64,000 bases of DNA from Auanema rhodensis (Eukaryota; Animalia; Nematoda): assembly GCA_964057225.1 (NCBI GenBank), contig OZ059896.1, forward strand, positions 9,548,001-9,612,000, written 5' to 3'. The notes below the pieces were generated by a model. The model saw only the letters and a list, made by a program, of their open reading frames with translations, did no database searches and was not told where the DNA came from. This document shows, piece by piece, positions 13,242-25,304 of the stretch; position 1 is the first letter of the stretch, and each line of letters opens with the position of its first letter. The translations under genes and the position numbers were made by a program.

Positions 13242-16117
13242 AAAGTATATATAACTTATATTGAAATTATACGGATATAAGGATAAAATATCGTAATGAT
13301 ATAGTAGAGAGTAGAAGAAGAATCTTATACGTAATTCAACATCTTAGTCGTTCCTCTTGGGGCAATTAAAACAGATAATTGTAAAAGAGGGCAAGCTGAC
13401 GAATTTAGCAAGAAAGAGAACATGATCAAGCCAGATGGTTGTATGGCTTAACTGCACCTGATCGCCTCAGGATGTCCGGTTATCTAAGACATGGAATATA
13501 GTGTTGTCTATAAGGCAAATACCTATATGGCTATGCAAAAAAGAAAGAATACTTCGACAGATTTGAAAATGAAACGAGCATTTCAGTGAATAAAGAAATA
13601 GTAAATCTGTTTGAGATTGTTATATGACAAGAGAATTGCAACAACGATTGTTCAAAAAACGCATTTCATGACGAAGACTACATAAGGCTTCTAGAGAAGC
13701 AAGTGATGACTTCAAATGCTTTAAGAGCATCCAAAATCTTTTCATGCAAAATTTTAAACAAATGCATATATGATTACATATGAGAAATAACGAAAAAACA
13801 GATTAAGTCTGATGAAAAACTAAATATTACCTCTATTTAGGCTGTGATTTCGAAACTGCACAGCATCACAGGTTCGTATTAACGTATTGGAGTTGTAGGA
13901 GGTAGGACTACCTGCTGGAAGCCTCGACACCACGTTCGGACAAATCCGATCAGCACTGCAAAATTAAAAATTTGATGAATATTCATAATTTCATGTGTAT
14001 TGAATACTATATAGTAGAAATAGTTTTTCCAATATAAATTCATAAATTTGTATAGAAATTGAATCAGAATAGTTTCGTAAACAATAGATTGTTGCAGATA
14101 TGAAAAAAATATTAGAAATATGATGAATTTGTTATAGTTAATGAATATAATCTATCAACAACAACATTCTAGCTTGTGAGAAAATGATATATTCTTAGAT
14201 TGATTGGGCAAGAACGATCAAGAATTGAAGAAAGTTTCAAAAAAAAATTGAAAGTAATTGAAATAACTATTACATTTAATATGAAAAGACTATAAAAACG
14301 TCTAAGACAACAATGTATTTACTAAAAAAAGCATAAATAACAAGTTTTAGATGAAAACTCAATTTAAAATCGAGATTTTATATAAATTCAAATAGTTGTA
14401 ATAACAGGAAATAGTAATCAATATTGATGAAAAATAATTATTGATGGTACGAATTAGAGAAAACTTTAGTCAAACTACAAAAACATATCTTTCAATCAAT
14501 TATACTATTACTAGAATAGGTTTTTAGGTTTTAAAAAGAGAAGGAAAGAGGAAAAACTTTGTCTGCTTATCGTTGAATAGTTTAAAATAAGCTAATCGAA
14601 ATGTTTATATCATTTTTTCAAAATGTATGAAGATCGATTGATAGACATTCATATTGAAATATTGAAAATGGAATTAAAATGTTGGAAAAACGATGAAATT
14701 GAAGAGAAAATGATTTTATATGCTGACGAGAGGGACGCAAACAACAAGTATAAGATCTATCAACATCGTGGGAATCCTAATAATGAAGGTCATCCCGTTA
14801 TGAACGGATTGTACCGGACTAGCAATCAGCGGATTTGCCTGGCATAGTCCGGCTATCAATTAGCTGACGGAACGAGCTCATATGAAATCACCGTAATTAT
14901 GGCTTAAAACTGTAAAGAATTGGATCCCATGAGATAGCTCTATGAAAAATCTGTCATTGAAGGACAGTTATAGTTAGGAACATAATAATACAGAGAGAGA
15001 AAGAGAGTTATAGAATATATGACCACCATGGTTGAATGTGGTCGCGGTTCATTTAAAACTCATTGAACCGTCAGATTTAGATAGAAAATTAAACTTCATA
15101 ATAGAATGAATTGAAAGGGAAGTGGATCAGAATTTTAACAACAAACAAAATCATATCTCGAGAATTGCAATGAAGAGGGTATCTTTCAAAAAATTTTTGA
15201 ATACAACAGTTGGAAAAGTAGAATAAACTGAGATTAATCGAATCGTAAAAATCTATATGTAGATAATCTGAACAAGAATGGTATTATGACGATGATGATG
15301 CGTGAATATTATATAGAAAAAGTAATAATAATCATACTATATGAATAGCTTTTCTGACTAAATTTTAAGAAAAGAAACTTATCTTGGAAATAATACTTAA
15401 ATATTGGTTATATTTCAATTCTTTTAGAAAATGATTTAAAAATAATGAAAATAAGGAAGAAGAATAAGGAAGAACATAAGAATATATGAAATAGAATAAA
15501 TAAATGCATAGTTAGCATTGTAGGTTACTTCTCTATACATAGGTTAAAGATAAGCAAAAGAGGTTGGAGGTCGGGTAATACCAAATAGAACCGACATGTC
15601 ATAAAAGCTATAATATGTATGTCCTTGCTCCATCAGGTAAAGTATTTGAATGTTGATTAATACTTATGTTATGTAGAATACAAAATATATGTTATAGATA
15701 TAGCTTATGTTAACATATAAAGTTTTATTATATTTACATATGATTATATAATAATAATAATATTATATTAGCTTTGTGTCAACCGCTGAAATTGGCAACA
15801 ACAATCTCAACTACTGACACTACTGATGCCGTTGACCCGTAACATGGTCAGCAAATCCAGAATTAGAGAATAGAATAAGGTAAAAACATGTTCTAGCAAA
15901 GATTCAAATCGTATTCATTGCCATCTAATGCTATAATCCTCAAAAAATAATTGAAAAAGATGTAAGAAGATAAGAAAATCATGAATCATTTTAGAAAATC
16001 ATTTCAATAAGGTTCATAAAGCTTATATGTAAATCAAATTTGTTTTTAAATATTAAATTATCTTACAAATAATTTATCTGAATATTCTGGAGGAAACTAT
16101 CTATAAAGCTAATTTTC

Positions 16118-16179
<62 letters not shown>

Positions 16180-19076
16180 AGAATTGGAAAGTGATTTTTT
16201 AAAATAATATCAAGGTTATTTAGGTATAGATGTTATCTAATTGAATAAAATATATTTTTTCAAATCAAGAGAATTAGTAGGTAATAGCTATAGATTTTAT
16301 ATAAAAGATAAATGTATATAAGTTAAGAATCTTTATAATATTTTACTTTTTTATTTTGTTAATAATATTAACAACAAGGGAATTAATGAAATCTGAACTT
16401 TGACAGTCTAAGTACGGTCAATGCCATCAATTGTTTCCAGTCCATTATTAATGGTCCCTCAATGGTTCAATGAAATACATAAAAGGTTGTAATAATCAAC
16501 AAAAGATTGACAAACAATTAGAAAGTAGAAAAGTGATGAATAATTGTATTTTCTTGTATATTCATCAGCTTATTTGAGATTGAAACATGTTTTATACGTA
16601 AAAAAAATTGAGATAAATTATAAAATTAATAAAAATATTTTAAAATATTCAATATACTTTTATTTTTTTTAAATAATTAAATACAAGAAAAGGTTAAAAA
16701 AGCGGCTCTTATTCAAAAACGGATTCATTCTCTCATTTATATTTCAAGAAAGAAAAATCTGTTTCAAAAACCTGTTTATGAAAAATTGTGTTCTGTAACA
16801 AAATCAGAGCAAGGACATGAAGGATATTAATTGTTGTAGCCAATTAACTGTTGATTTGAGCGATTATCATGAGGATCGTATTTTGTTGAAATCATTTTTT
16901 TCTTTTTATTATTTGAAAAATTAAAAATTAAAAGTTAAAAAACTAAAAAGGTGAATTAGTGAACTAAAGGTAAAACTGTAAAAAAAATGGAAAAGTGTCA
17001 ACGAAGTACGATGGGCATGTTGAAGAGGAAAAAAAAAAGAAGAAGATGGAGAGAGAGAGAAACATAGAAAAGGAAATGAGGCAAGGTCATGTAGAGATTG
17101 AAACGGACTTTGTAAATTTTCAAAGTTGTTACAAATTTTTAGGAAAGATGCAGATGTATATAACAAAATGTTTAAACGGCTATCAATATTATAAACAATA
17201 TGATTTGAGGAAATAATTTTATTAACGCTCAATTAATTTGATTCTTTACCATAAGCTGAAAACATGTTTTGATCAAGCTGGAGGAGATTAGAGGATGAAA
17301 AAGAAAGATAGTCTGGTTTTGGAAATATTTCTATTAGAAGACGATTGTTCTTAAGATTTCAAAGAAAAAAATTAAATTGTTACCTTGTATGATGTCGAGG
17401 CTTTCGCAGGTGTTTCAACATACTAAATGATCTGAAAATAAGGCAAATACAAAGAAAAACATGAAGCGATATACAGTATATGTTTGAATGAAATATATAT
17501 ATTTATTAATAATTTGATTGTTTTGTATAAGAGAATTTAAAAATCACAAGTTTAGTACATCAAAAACTTGAAAAATGAAAACGATGCCATTACTATCTTT
17601 AGATGGAGTAATGAATAACCATTTGTTTCGCGAAGAAAAATCAAGAATCATCCTCTTTTACAGAAGAAAAGCAATATGATACAGGGGAGTACACAAGCAG
17701 AAAGTATATTGTTTTGGACAAAAACTTGAAAGAATCTATGAAGTCGTTAGAGATATAGAGAAGAAGAGTGAGAAGTTTGGATTGTAAGAGAGCTTCAAAT
17801 AAAAAAAAAGAGGTAGAAGTGAAGGAATATCGTTTTGAAAAAAGTTTTTTCGCAATCGAGATGGCCGAGCTTTTGGCGTAGAGTGAGGACGAGAAAAATA
17901 GTTTAGCAAATCAAACAAAAAACGGAATCAAGCTAATAATCGATAGCTATATTGAATTCAAATTATTGTTTAAGCTTAGGAATCTAACTCATGGTTATGG
18001 AAAACAATGCAAGTCAGCTAGTCAAGTGTTTTTTATGAAGACGAAGTTGATAATGATTCATCATAGACTGAAGATATCAGAGCATTTCATACAGTAAGCA
18101 TTGTAGATTTAATAGAATCGGAGAAAAACTCAGACTTACTTGACAATAATCAAACAAAAGATGGTAGGCGTTAAGAGCTGAAGGAGAGGTTCAATAACTT
18201 TTGTATAAAGAAAAAGATACAGGGAAATATCAAATGTGGCAACTTCTAACGTCATCTATTGAATATCTGGCAGCAAATCAAATATAATGAATCAACACTT
18301 CGGTCAATATGATAGCAGAAAACAATGATTTGAAAGATTCTGCTTCTGATGATTTTCATGCCTTTCTTCTTCTTTATTATCTTTTCTTTTGATTATCGCT
18401 CGCCTCCCCCCTTTTCCGGTTCGTTATTATCCTGGCTTCATCGCCAATAGAGTTGACTTCATCGCCTGCTCCGTAGCCAATTCTAAAGTCAAGAGCCATG
18501 CTGGACGAGAACTCCAGACTAGGATGAGTCGGCAATAGGTACATCACAATAGAGGAAGCAGACAGACGAACGATAGGAAAGAACCCCCTGACGGACTGAA
18601 GGATAAAGAAGCCGATGAACGGGTGAACAAACAAAAAGAAGTGCTTAGGATATGGAGAGAAACAAATCAGAATCACTAGACCGGACTCAAGCTTCCTAAT
18701 GACTGACTTTGAGGTTTTTAGAGAATAGAAAGAAGTGATCGTTTCAGTATAGAAGAAGAGCGTGATTATACGATAGCAAAGGAAAATCTAACAATTTCTT
18801 TTCTATATTTTCATAAAAATTGTCAACTTACGTTTGTGCATCCATTCGCTTCTCTAATTTTTCCGAATCATTTGATGACACAGAAAGAAGGCTCTTATAG
18901 AGATCTTGCGGTGAAAGCCAGGGATTAGCAATAATTTGAAAATCTTGATAAGTAGCCTCGAATGGTCGCAAAAAGAATACAGGAGTGACATCCGGTAACT
19001 TTGTTTTTGGTCTTGAGAATAGAAGATTATCCTGTCCATTTTCCCCATGAATCAGATAAATTGGTTTCCACGGCAT
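9358..19076 (-). CDS. Uncharacterised multi-exon protein, Ser/Pro/Arg-rich, 3' end unresolved
   Basis: Exons 18832-19076 (ATG), 17384-17431, 13831-13955, 12357-12469, 12198-12287, optional 11053-11115, 10128-10190, 9703-9778, 9508-9619 and 9358-9466 all have GT-AG boundaries and join into one open frame (MPWKPIYLIHGENGQ...DRSASLEQIPSV...DFTLPRHHN...YGTLPSRRSQ). No domain recognised. Confidence 0.7.
13208..13239. repeat. (GA)n microsatellite
   Basis: Perfect GA run, intronic. Confidence 0.95.
14620..14900 (+). mobile_element. Intronic BEL/Pao reverse-transcriptase fragment
   Basis: NNKYKIY...GHPVMNGLYRT followed by frameshifted DLPGIVR resembles BEL TTKxRIV...PSLNDCLYRGP...DLxGIL. Confidence 0.4.
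16121..16175. repeat. (GA)n microsatellite
   Basis: Perfect GA run, intronic. Confidence 0.95.
18400..18700 (+). mobile_element. Possible BEL/Pao aspartic-protease fragment in intron
   Basis: GC-richer island. RAMLDENSR*...RYITIEEADR resembles ALLDSGS...SFITxxLA. Confidence 0.3.
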
Positions 19077-19639
19077 TTAAAGGTAAAACTTCTAAATAGT
19101 TCCAATTATTCATTATATAGAACAATATTATGTCAGTTTATTTTAAATTATTATAGAAAAAAAAAATATTCAAAAAACTAAAAATTATAAAAATGTAAAT
19201 TTACAGCATTATTTATGAATTTTTAACAAAATAACAATATAACATATATAAACTAATTTTAATTAAAAAATATAAAATATAGGTAAGAAGTTAGAATACG
19301 ATTGACGTCGATAAACTATAATCAGTGCTCGGTAACGGGATAACTGTCCAAGCATTATAGTGACAGTAGATAAATAGAACGACGCGTCAATTGTCATGTT
19401 GGAAGAACGTCAAAATTTCAAGTCGATAGGATTCAGAATTTATTTGAAACTATTTCATATATAAATTAGATAAAAAAATGTTCTTCTATGTTAATATTTT
19501 AAATAAAAATTATAATTATATAATTAATTTCTTAACAATATATAAAACATTATATTAGAATTAGATCAAATCACAAAAACCATTGAAAGCTCATATATAG
19601 TTGAATCTTTTCTCTTTAATGACTAAAATTTGTTGAACC

Positions 19640-19750
19640 TTCAAACGGGCACTTGAAGAAAAGGACGTGATGGAGGAGTACACTCAGTCTACGAAAAGCC
19701 TTGCCAACCATAAATGGACAGACAATCATTATGGAAAAGCGCTCTTCAAA
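19640..19750 (+). mobile_element. Possible BEL/Pao integrase C-terminal (DUF5641-like) fragment
   Basis: GRDGGVHSV resembles the GxDGxVRS motif. Confidence 0.3.
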
Positions 19751-20379
19751 CAAATTTCTGTCATTATATTTCTTTAAAAAACATTGGAATTAAATACTTT
19801 TCTTGAAACTTAATGTATATAGAGAAAGATATATATTAAAGAAACTTATAATAATCTTTATTCGATATGGCAATGCCTATAAAGTTATTTTGTTCTTTAT
19901 TGACTAAGTATATGAGATAGATAAGTGTCTACTTAGCCTCCCAATTGTTTACTATAACAATGAATTTGCCTTATTAAGATTATTTGTGTCACATGCACAT
20001 TTATTCATTTATCACCTTAACATCTTTCATTTTTAAAAAAAAAATACGTGAAACGGTTGCATCTATGTATTTTAGCTTTCGAGAAGTATATCATTTTGAA
20101 AAGATGTAGCACAACATGCTTCGTCTAATAATTACAGTCCTTTAAAATTCTTTATTAAAACATATTATTTTTAGTAAAATCGATCTAGATCGACAGACAA
20201 CAAGCTAGAGCAGATGTCATATTACTAAGTTGAAAAGTGCTCAAAATATATGCACAATATATACAAGAATAATGAATAACTTGGTTATGACTATTTTATA
20301 GAATATACCATAAAACCATAATTAGTTGAATTTGTAAAACATTATTCTATATTTAGTATCTGTCTATTCCACCAAATGC

Positions 20380-22079
20380 TTAAAGCTCAACTGTAGGAAT
20401 CATCTTATAATCACTAAAATATTTATAAATCTCTTTTAATGAGTGTCATTATGACATACCTCTCAATCTTGTGAATAAAAGGATCCTCTAATGCTGCTTT
20501 GGCGGTTATTCGCCGTAGAGCTGATAAATCTAATAATCGAGACAGTAAACTAACAAATAATCTGTCGGACTCCCTCATACGATGTTCATAGAGCTGATTA
20601 TATCCTCTCTAAATTTGACATGTTCACAACAATAATTTAAGACCCAATTTGTAATTTACCAAAACAATTTGAGAGAGATCTCGAACTGGATTCAGACGAT
20701 CATCTTTTACTGGTGTTAGTCCAATATCACATAATTCTGAGTCATTTTTCAAACGATAGCATTTAACATTTCGATCGATTTCTCCCTTTAAAACAATTTT
20801 CAAAAATTCATAATTGAAATAGAACATATAAATAATGATTTACCGAATCGGCTGGTATGACATACTGGTCCCAATAGCGTGATTGTTCCAGATGTGTTGG
20901 AAATCCTTGAGTTTCAGCTATATATCTTAACTCAATGCGTATGAATTTGATGAACAAATTACTGTACTTACTTAATCATTTGATTTTCCGTCTTGCCAGG
21001 GTATAAACATGCTCCGATATACATTTCTGCTAATATACAGCCAACAGACCAGACATCAATTGAATCACAAAATGGTAAGCCAAATAGTATTTCAGGCGAT
21101 CTTTATCATATGAGATTAGATTATCAATTTTAACTTAAACATTAACCTGTAATGAAGGGATTGCAATCTAGCGCCTGTGCTAGCTAATGCAGAAGCTGTA
21201 GAAATAGCATGACCAAAGCCAGATAACTAAATATAAGAATATATACTGAAGAACAAAAAAAACAAATTCACTTTAATTTGAAGACTGTTTGCTTTAACAT
21301 CCACGATCATAATATTTTCAGGTTTAATATTTGCATGAATATATTCCAAATTATGAAGATATACTAGAGCTGATAATATCTTCAAATAAACAGAATATAA
21401 GTAATATAATTGAAAAAAGTAAAAGTAATAACACCTGTTTAGCTATAGGACGAATATCTTTTAATTTAAATAATCGTCGTCTATTACTTGTCATATAAAA
21501 ACGAAGATTTGTATTCATACGTTCCATAATAATACATTTATGATGATTATATGATGTAACTGATATAAAACGAGGAAAAAACTCTCTATATGACGATTTT
21601 TTAGTGATTGATTTAATAGCTTCAACCTAACAAAAATATATTTAATATTTAACAAAATAAAAAAAATAACTTTACCTCAGCGGAAACACGCTTCTTATCA
21701 ATAAAAGTTTTATGTTGTACGAATTTAAGAGCAAATCCAGGTGACCCCATTGAAACTGTTCCTTTATAAACCTTTCAAAGTAAAAGACAACTTTATAAAT
21801 AAATGACAACAAATATTACTTTTGAGAATGACCCATTAGCTATCTTTTTTTGAATAACAAGTGGTCTTTCTTTGAACAAAATAACTTCACCAATCATCTA
21901 AAACATATTACAAGTATTATAATTATATTTAAAATTTAAAAATATTATTATTAATATAAATATTATTATTAAATTACCATATCAGGATCTGTATCATTAT
22001 ATTTGCCTAATGTTGATGATGGAAGCATTCCACCAGAACATGATTTTATCAAATGGGGTCTTAAAACACTTGGAGCCAT
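20380..22079 (-). CDS. HIPK/DYRK-like CMGC kinase-fold protein, predicted pseudokinase
   Basis: 11 exons: 21978-22079, 21820-21897, 21676-21771, 21435-21626, 21272-21379, 21147-21226, 20972-21100, 20844-20925, 20660-20785, 20460-20608, 20380-20413. The frame is intact. C-lobe [42 protein letters not shown]...IKYIAETQGFP matches the HIPK pattern. The catalytic loop reads HANIKPEN and DFG reads GFG. Confidence 0.88.
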
Positions 22080-22085
22080 CTGAAA
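22080..22085 (-). promoter_or_regulatory. Candidate SL trans-splice acceptor (TTTCAG) immediately before the kinase ATG
   Basis: TTTCAG|ATG on the minus strand. Similar AG|ATG junctions occur before the lectin (33410) and NDUFA5 (44714). Could instead end a 5' UTR intron. Confidence 0.5.
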
Positions 22086-22322
22086 TTCTCTCAAATTCAG
22101 ATGATCATTAACTTTGTAAATAAAACAATTTCAAAATCAAATAAACAAATTATAGCAACAACAAAAATATTTAACAAACTAAATAACAAAACGAAACCTT
22201 TTTTGATACAAAGTTAATGTTTTGATATAAGAAATGATATCAATACATGTCTAATATTGTAGTTCGAAATCTATTGATTATTGCCTAAATTGGCGCAATT
22301 TATATATTAATTTTAAAAAAAA

Positions 22323-22353
<31 letters not shown>

Positions 22354-22691
22354 TATATTTGTAAATCTTTATTCAAGTTTTTCGTTATAATTGTTATAAC
22401 ATGAAAAGAAGAAAGATGGGTAAAGCTCTAATATACAACTTGTATAATAAATAAAAATTTCTTTGAAATGAGAATGCATAGTGGCCATTTCAAACATTTA
22501 AGAATATGATATTCTTATTTTTTTTTGGTATTAAGTAAAATACTTTTGATATACAATATGTTATCCTGATGTTGAATGTCAATACAATAGCACTCAATAT
22601 TCTATATCATTTTATACAATATATAGATATTTCAAAAATGTAAAATGAGAATTTCTTCACCTGTACAGAAATTCGTTTTTTTTTGAGCTAT

Positions 22692-25304
22692 TTAAACGTC
22701 TTGAACCTTTGGTAATTGTGTATAACCCGACTCAATTAATGTACTTCTCCAAGTTAAATTGAAACCAGCTACAGAACCACGACGTGATGCTGCTGTAGAG
22801 TTGGCTGCTGTAGCCAGTGCATTATAATAAGCCTAAGAACATATTAAATAATTTATTTTTATAAACTATTTTAAATTTTTTTTATGTATTATTCAGTGAA
22901 TCTCTAATTATTCGCATTATTTCTTTAGTTTCTTATAAATTTAATAATTAGAGTTACATAATAAATACCTCGCGAGAATTTTCTGATAATGAGAACGAAG
23001 GCCGTCTGCTATTAGCTGCTGATTTTAGTAACTCTGCAACATAAATGCTGATGAAAAAATAAAGAAATCATGAATTATTACCTATTTCTTCTTTGATTTC
23101 AGATCTAAAATCATTTCTAGCATCTGATTCATCCAATTGCCGCTGAAATCAATTGAATTGATAAAACATAACATCAAATGTTGTCCACCTTCAAAATAGA
23201 TGAAACAATTCCCGCAGCAAAACCATCACCCAATACGTTAACTGCTGTTCTGATACGATCTCTTCAAATATGTATGGGTTTCAGAACATCATCAGTTCAA
23301 CTTACAGTAACCAGTCTACTGTTAAGAGAAGAGACACATCCTTAACTGGTAATCCAACCGTATTCAGAATAAGAAGTATAGAAACTAGACCAGCAGGTAC
23401 AGATCCTAAACCGATTGATGCCACTGTAGCGGTAATACTGTAAATTTCCAAGAATATTATTCGGTTTACCTTCTTGATGGGAGCAAAAAATTGATTCTAA
23501 GAACATACCTAACAGTTACAACTTCAGCAAAGCTTAAATCTACATTGTTTAACTGAGCAATGAAAATTACAGCTACAGCTTCATATAAAGCATTTCCATC
23601 CTATAAAAAACTTAAATAAACACTTTTACCTTTATATAATTTAATTTTTCAAGCTTTCGGAAAGAAAATTATAACTTTTTTCTTCATTTTTTTTTTGAAA
23701 TATTTGCAAGATTATTATTTTCTGTATACTTAATAGCCTATCCGATAAGGTACTTTGTAATGTCTTTGCATCATTTCACAAAAAAATACTAATATCAATA
23801 CAGTGAGAATACACTTAAAATAGAATCAGATTTTCAATTTTATAAAATTTATATAAATATTGTTTATTATATAAACTATACGTACCATATTAATAGTTGA
23901 ACCTAATGGTAAAACAAATCGTACTATTCTTCTATCAACACCACAATTTTCTTCCATACATTGCATAGATACTGGAAGAGCTGCTCCACTAAATATATAA
24001 ATATATTTATATATGTATATATTATATTAATATATTTTCTATAATAAAAACATTTTATACAATATATTACCCAGAAGCTGTGCCAAATGCAGTAACTATA
24101 GCCGACATCATTCCGCGAACAATTGTCATAGGATTTTTTCTTGTGATCAAGAAGAAAAGAACTGGAATCGTTATAACAGTATGGAGTATTAGACCAGCAA
24201 TAACAGTTAGCAAATATCTAAAAAAAATATTTTAGTCATTTTTTGTTTCTTTACTTCAATTTGAAACATACAAAAACAAAACAGCAGCTGTATCTGAGAG
24301 ATCTTCAAGTTCTAATAAGTTTCCACAAATCAAACAAGTTATACCCAAAGGAGCAAACCTTAAGATTATATTAATTCTTTTTTTGTTTCTTAATTGAATT
24401 ACCACATAAGTGTTTCCACCCATCGCATGATTACTGCATCTAAAATCACAAAAAAGTCAACAACAATCTTTGCTCGTTCCCCGAGTTGTGAGATTACAAT
24501 ACCAAATCCGGTGCAAAAAACAATAATTCCTGAAAGGAAACAAGATATCTGTTCAGTGTATAGTATTCATCAATTTATAAAACCTAGTATATTCATTCCT
24601 CTTGTATTTGTTATAGTTTTTCTCATAATTGATATTTCTCCTCCTGTTCCATTTTTGGCAACATTCGGCTTATGAAGTACATACGTAGTTTGCATTCTCT
24701 CAAATGTGGCTTGAACAATATTTTCCGGAAACATATTTCTTAAAGTATTTCTCGTATTAAGAGATAGAAATAATGAAAATACCTGACAAGATCAAGGAAT
24801 GTATCCAATGGCGAAACATCTGTATCATTGGGTATGTCATGCAATTGATTCGATTTGACAGAAGGATCTCCCGGATGAATGGTCATAACCAAGAAAATTC
24901 CAAGCTAAATAATAAAAAATAAGTAATATATGATAATTCAGTTATCTCCTACCAAAGTAGCTAGTATAGTTGTTGTTAAATAATATAAAACAGTAGCAAC
25001 ACCCATTTGACCGGATTCTTTTGCATCCATTTGAGCCAAGGCTAACAATAATATTATTAAATATATATCCTTAATCTGTTCACTTACCTGAGATCAGAGA
25101 TGAAAAAATTAAAGGTAAGATCATCATTTTAAGGACTTGCATGAAGATCTCTCCTGGAAAGTTAATGAGTTGCAGTGTTTCAGCCGACAGGTTCATAGGT
25201 CGTAACCCGAATCCGAGAGCTACTCCTAGGACAACGCTTGTCATTGTCATAACAAAAAGCACATTCTCTCGACAAAATCGCAACAAGTCATCTTTCCATG
25301 ACAT
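22692..25304 (-). CDS. glt-6: Excitatory amino acid (glutamate) transporter, SLC1/EAAT family, glt-6-like
   Basis: Spliced frame contains [87 protein letters not shown] and tail [11 protein letters not shown]. As I recall, the N-terminus FCRENVL and this tail match C. elegans GLT-6. The family call is firm; the exact paralog is less certain. Confidence 0.92.

Noticed and set aside
14814-14852. Hairpin CCGGACTA...TAGTCCGG as a possible ncRNA
   Set aside because: Only an 8-bp stem, inside an apparent BEL RT fragment, with no tRNA, snoRNA or miRNA hallmarks.
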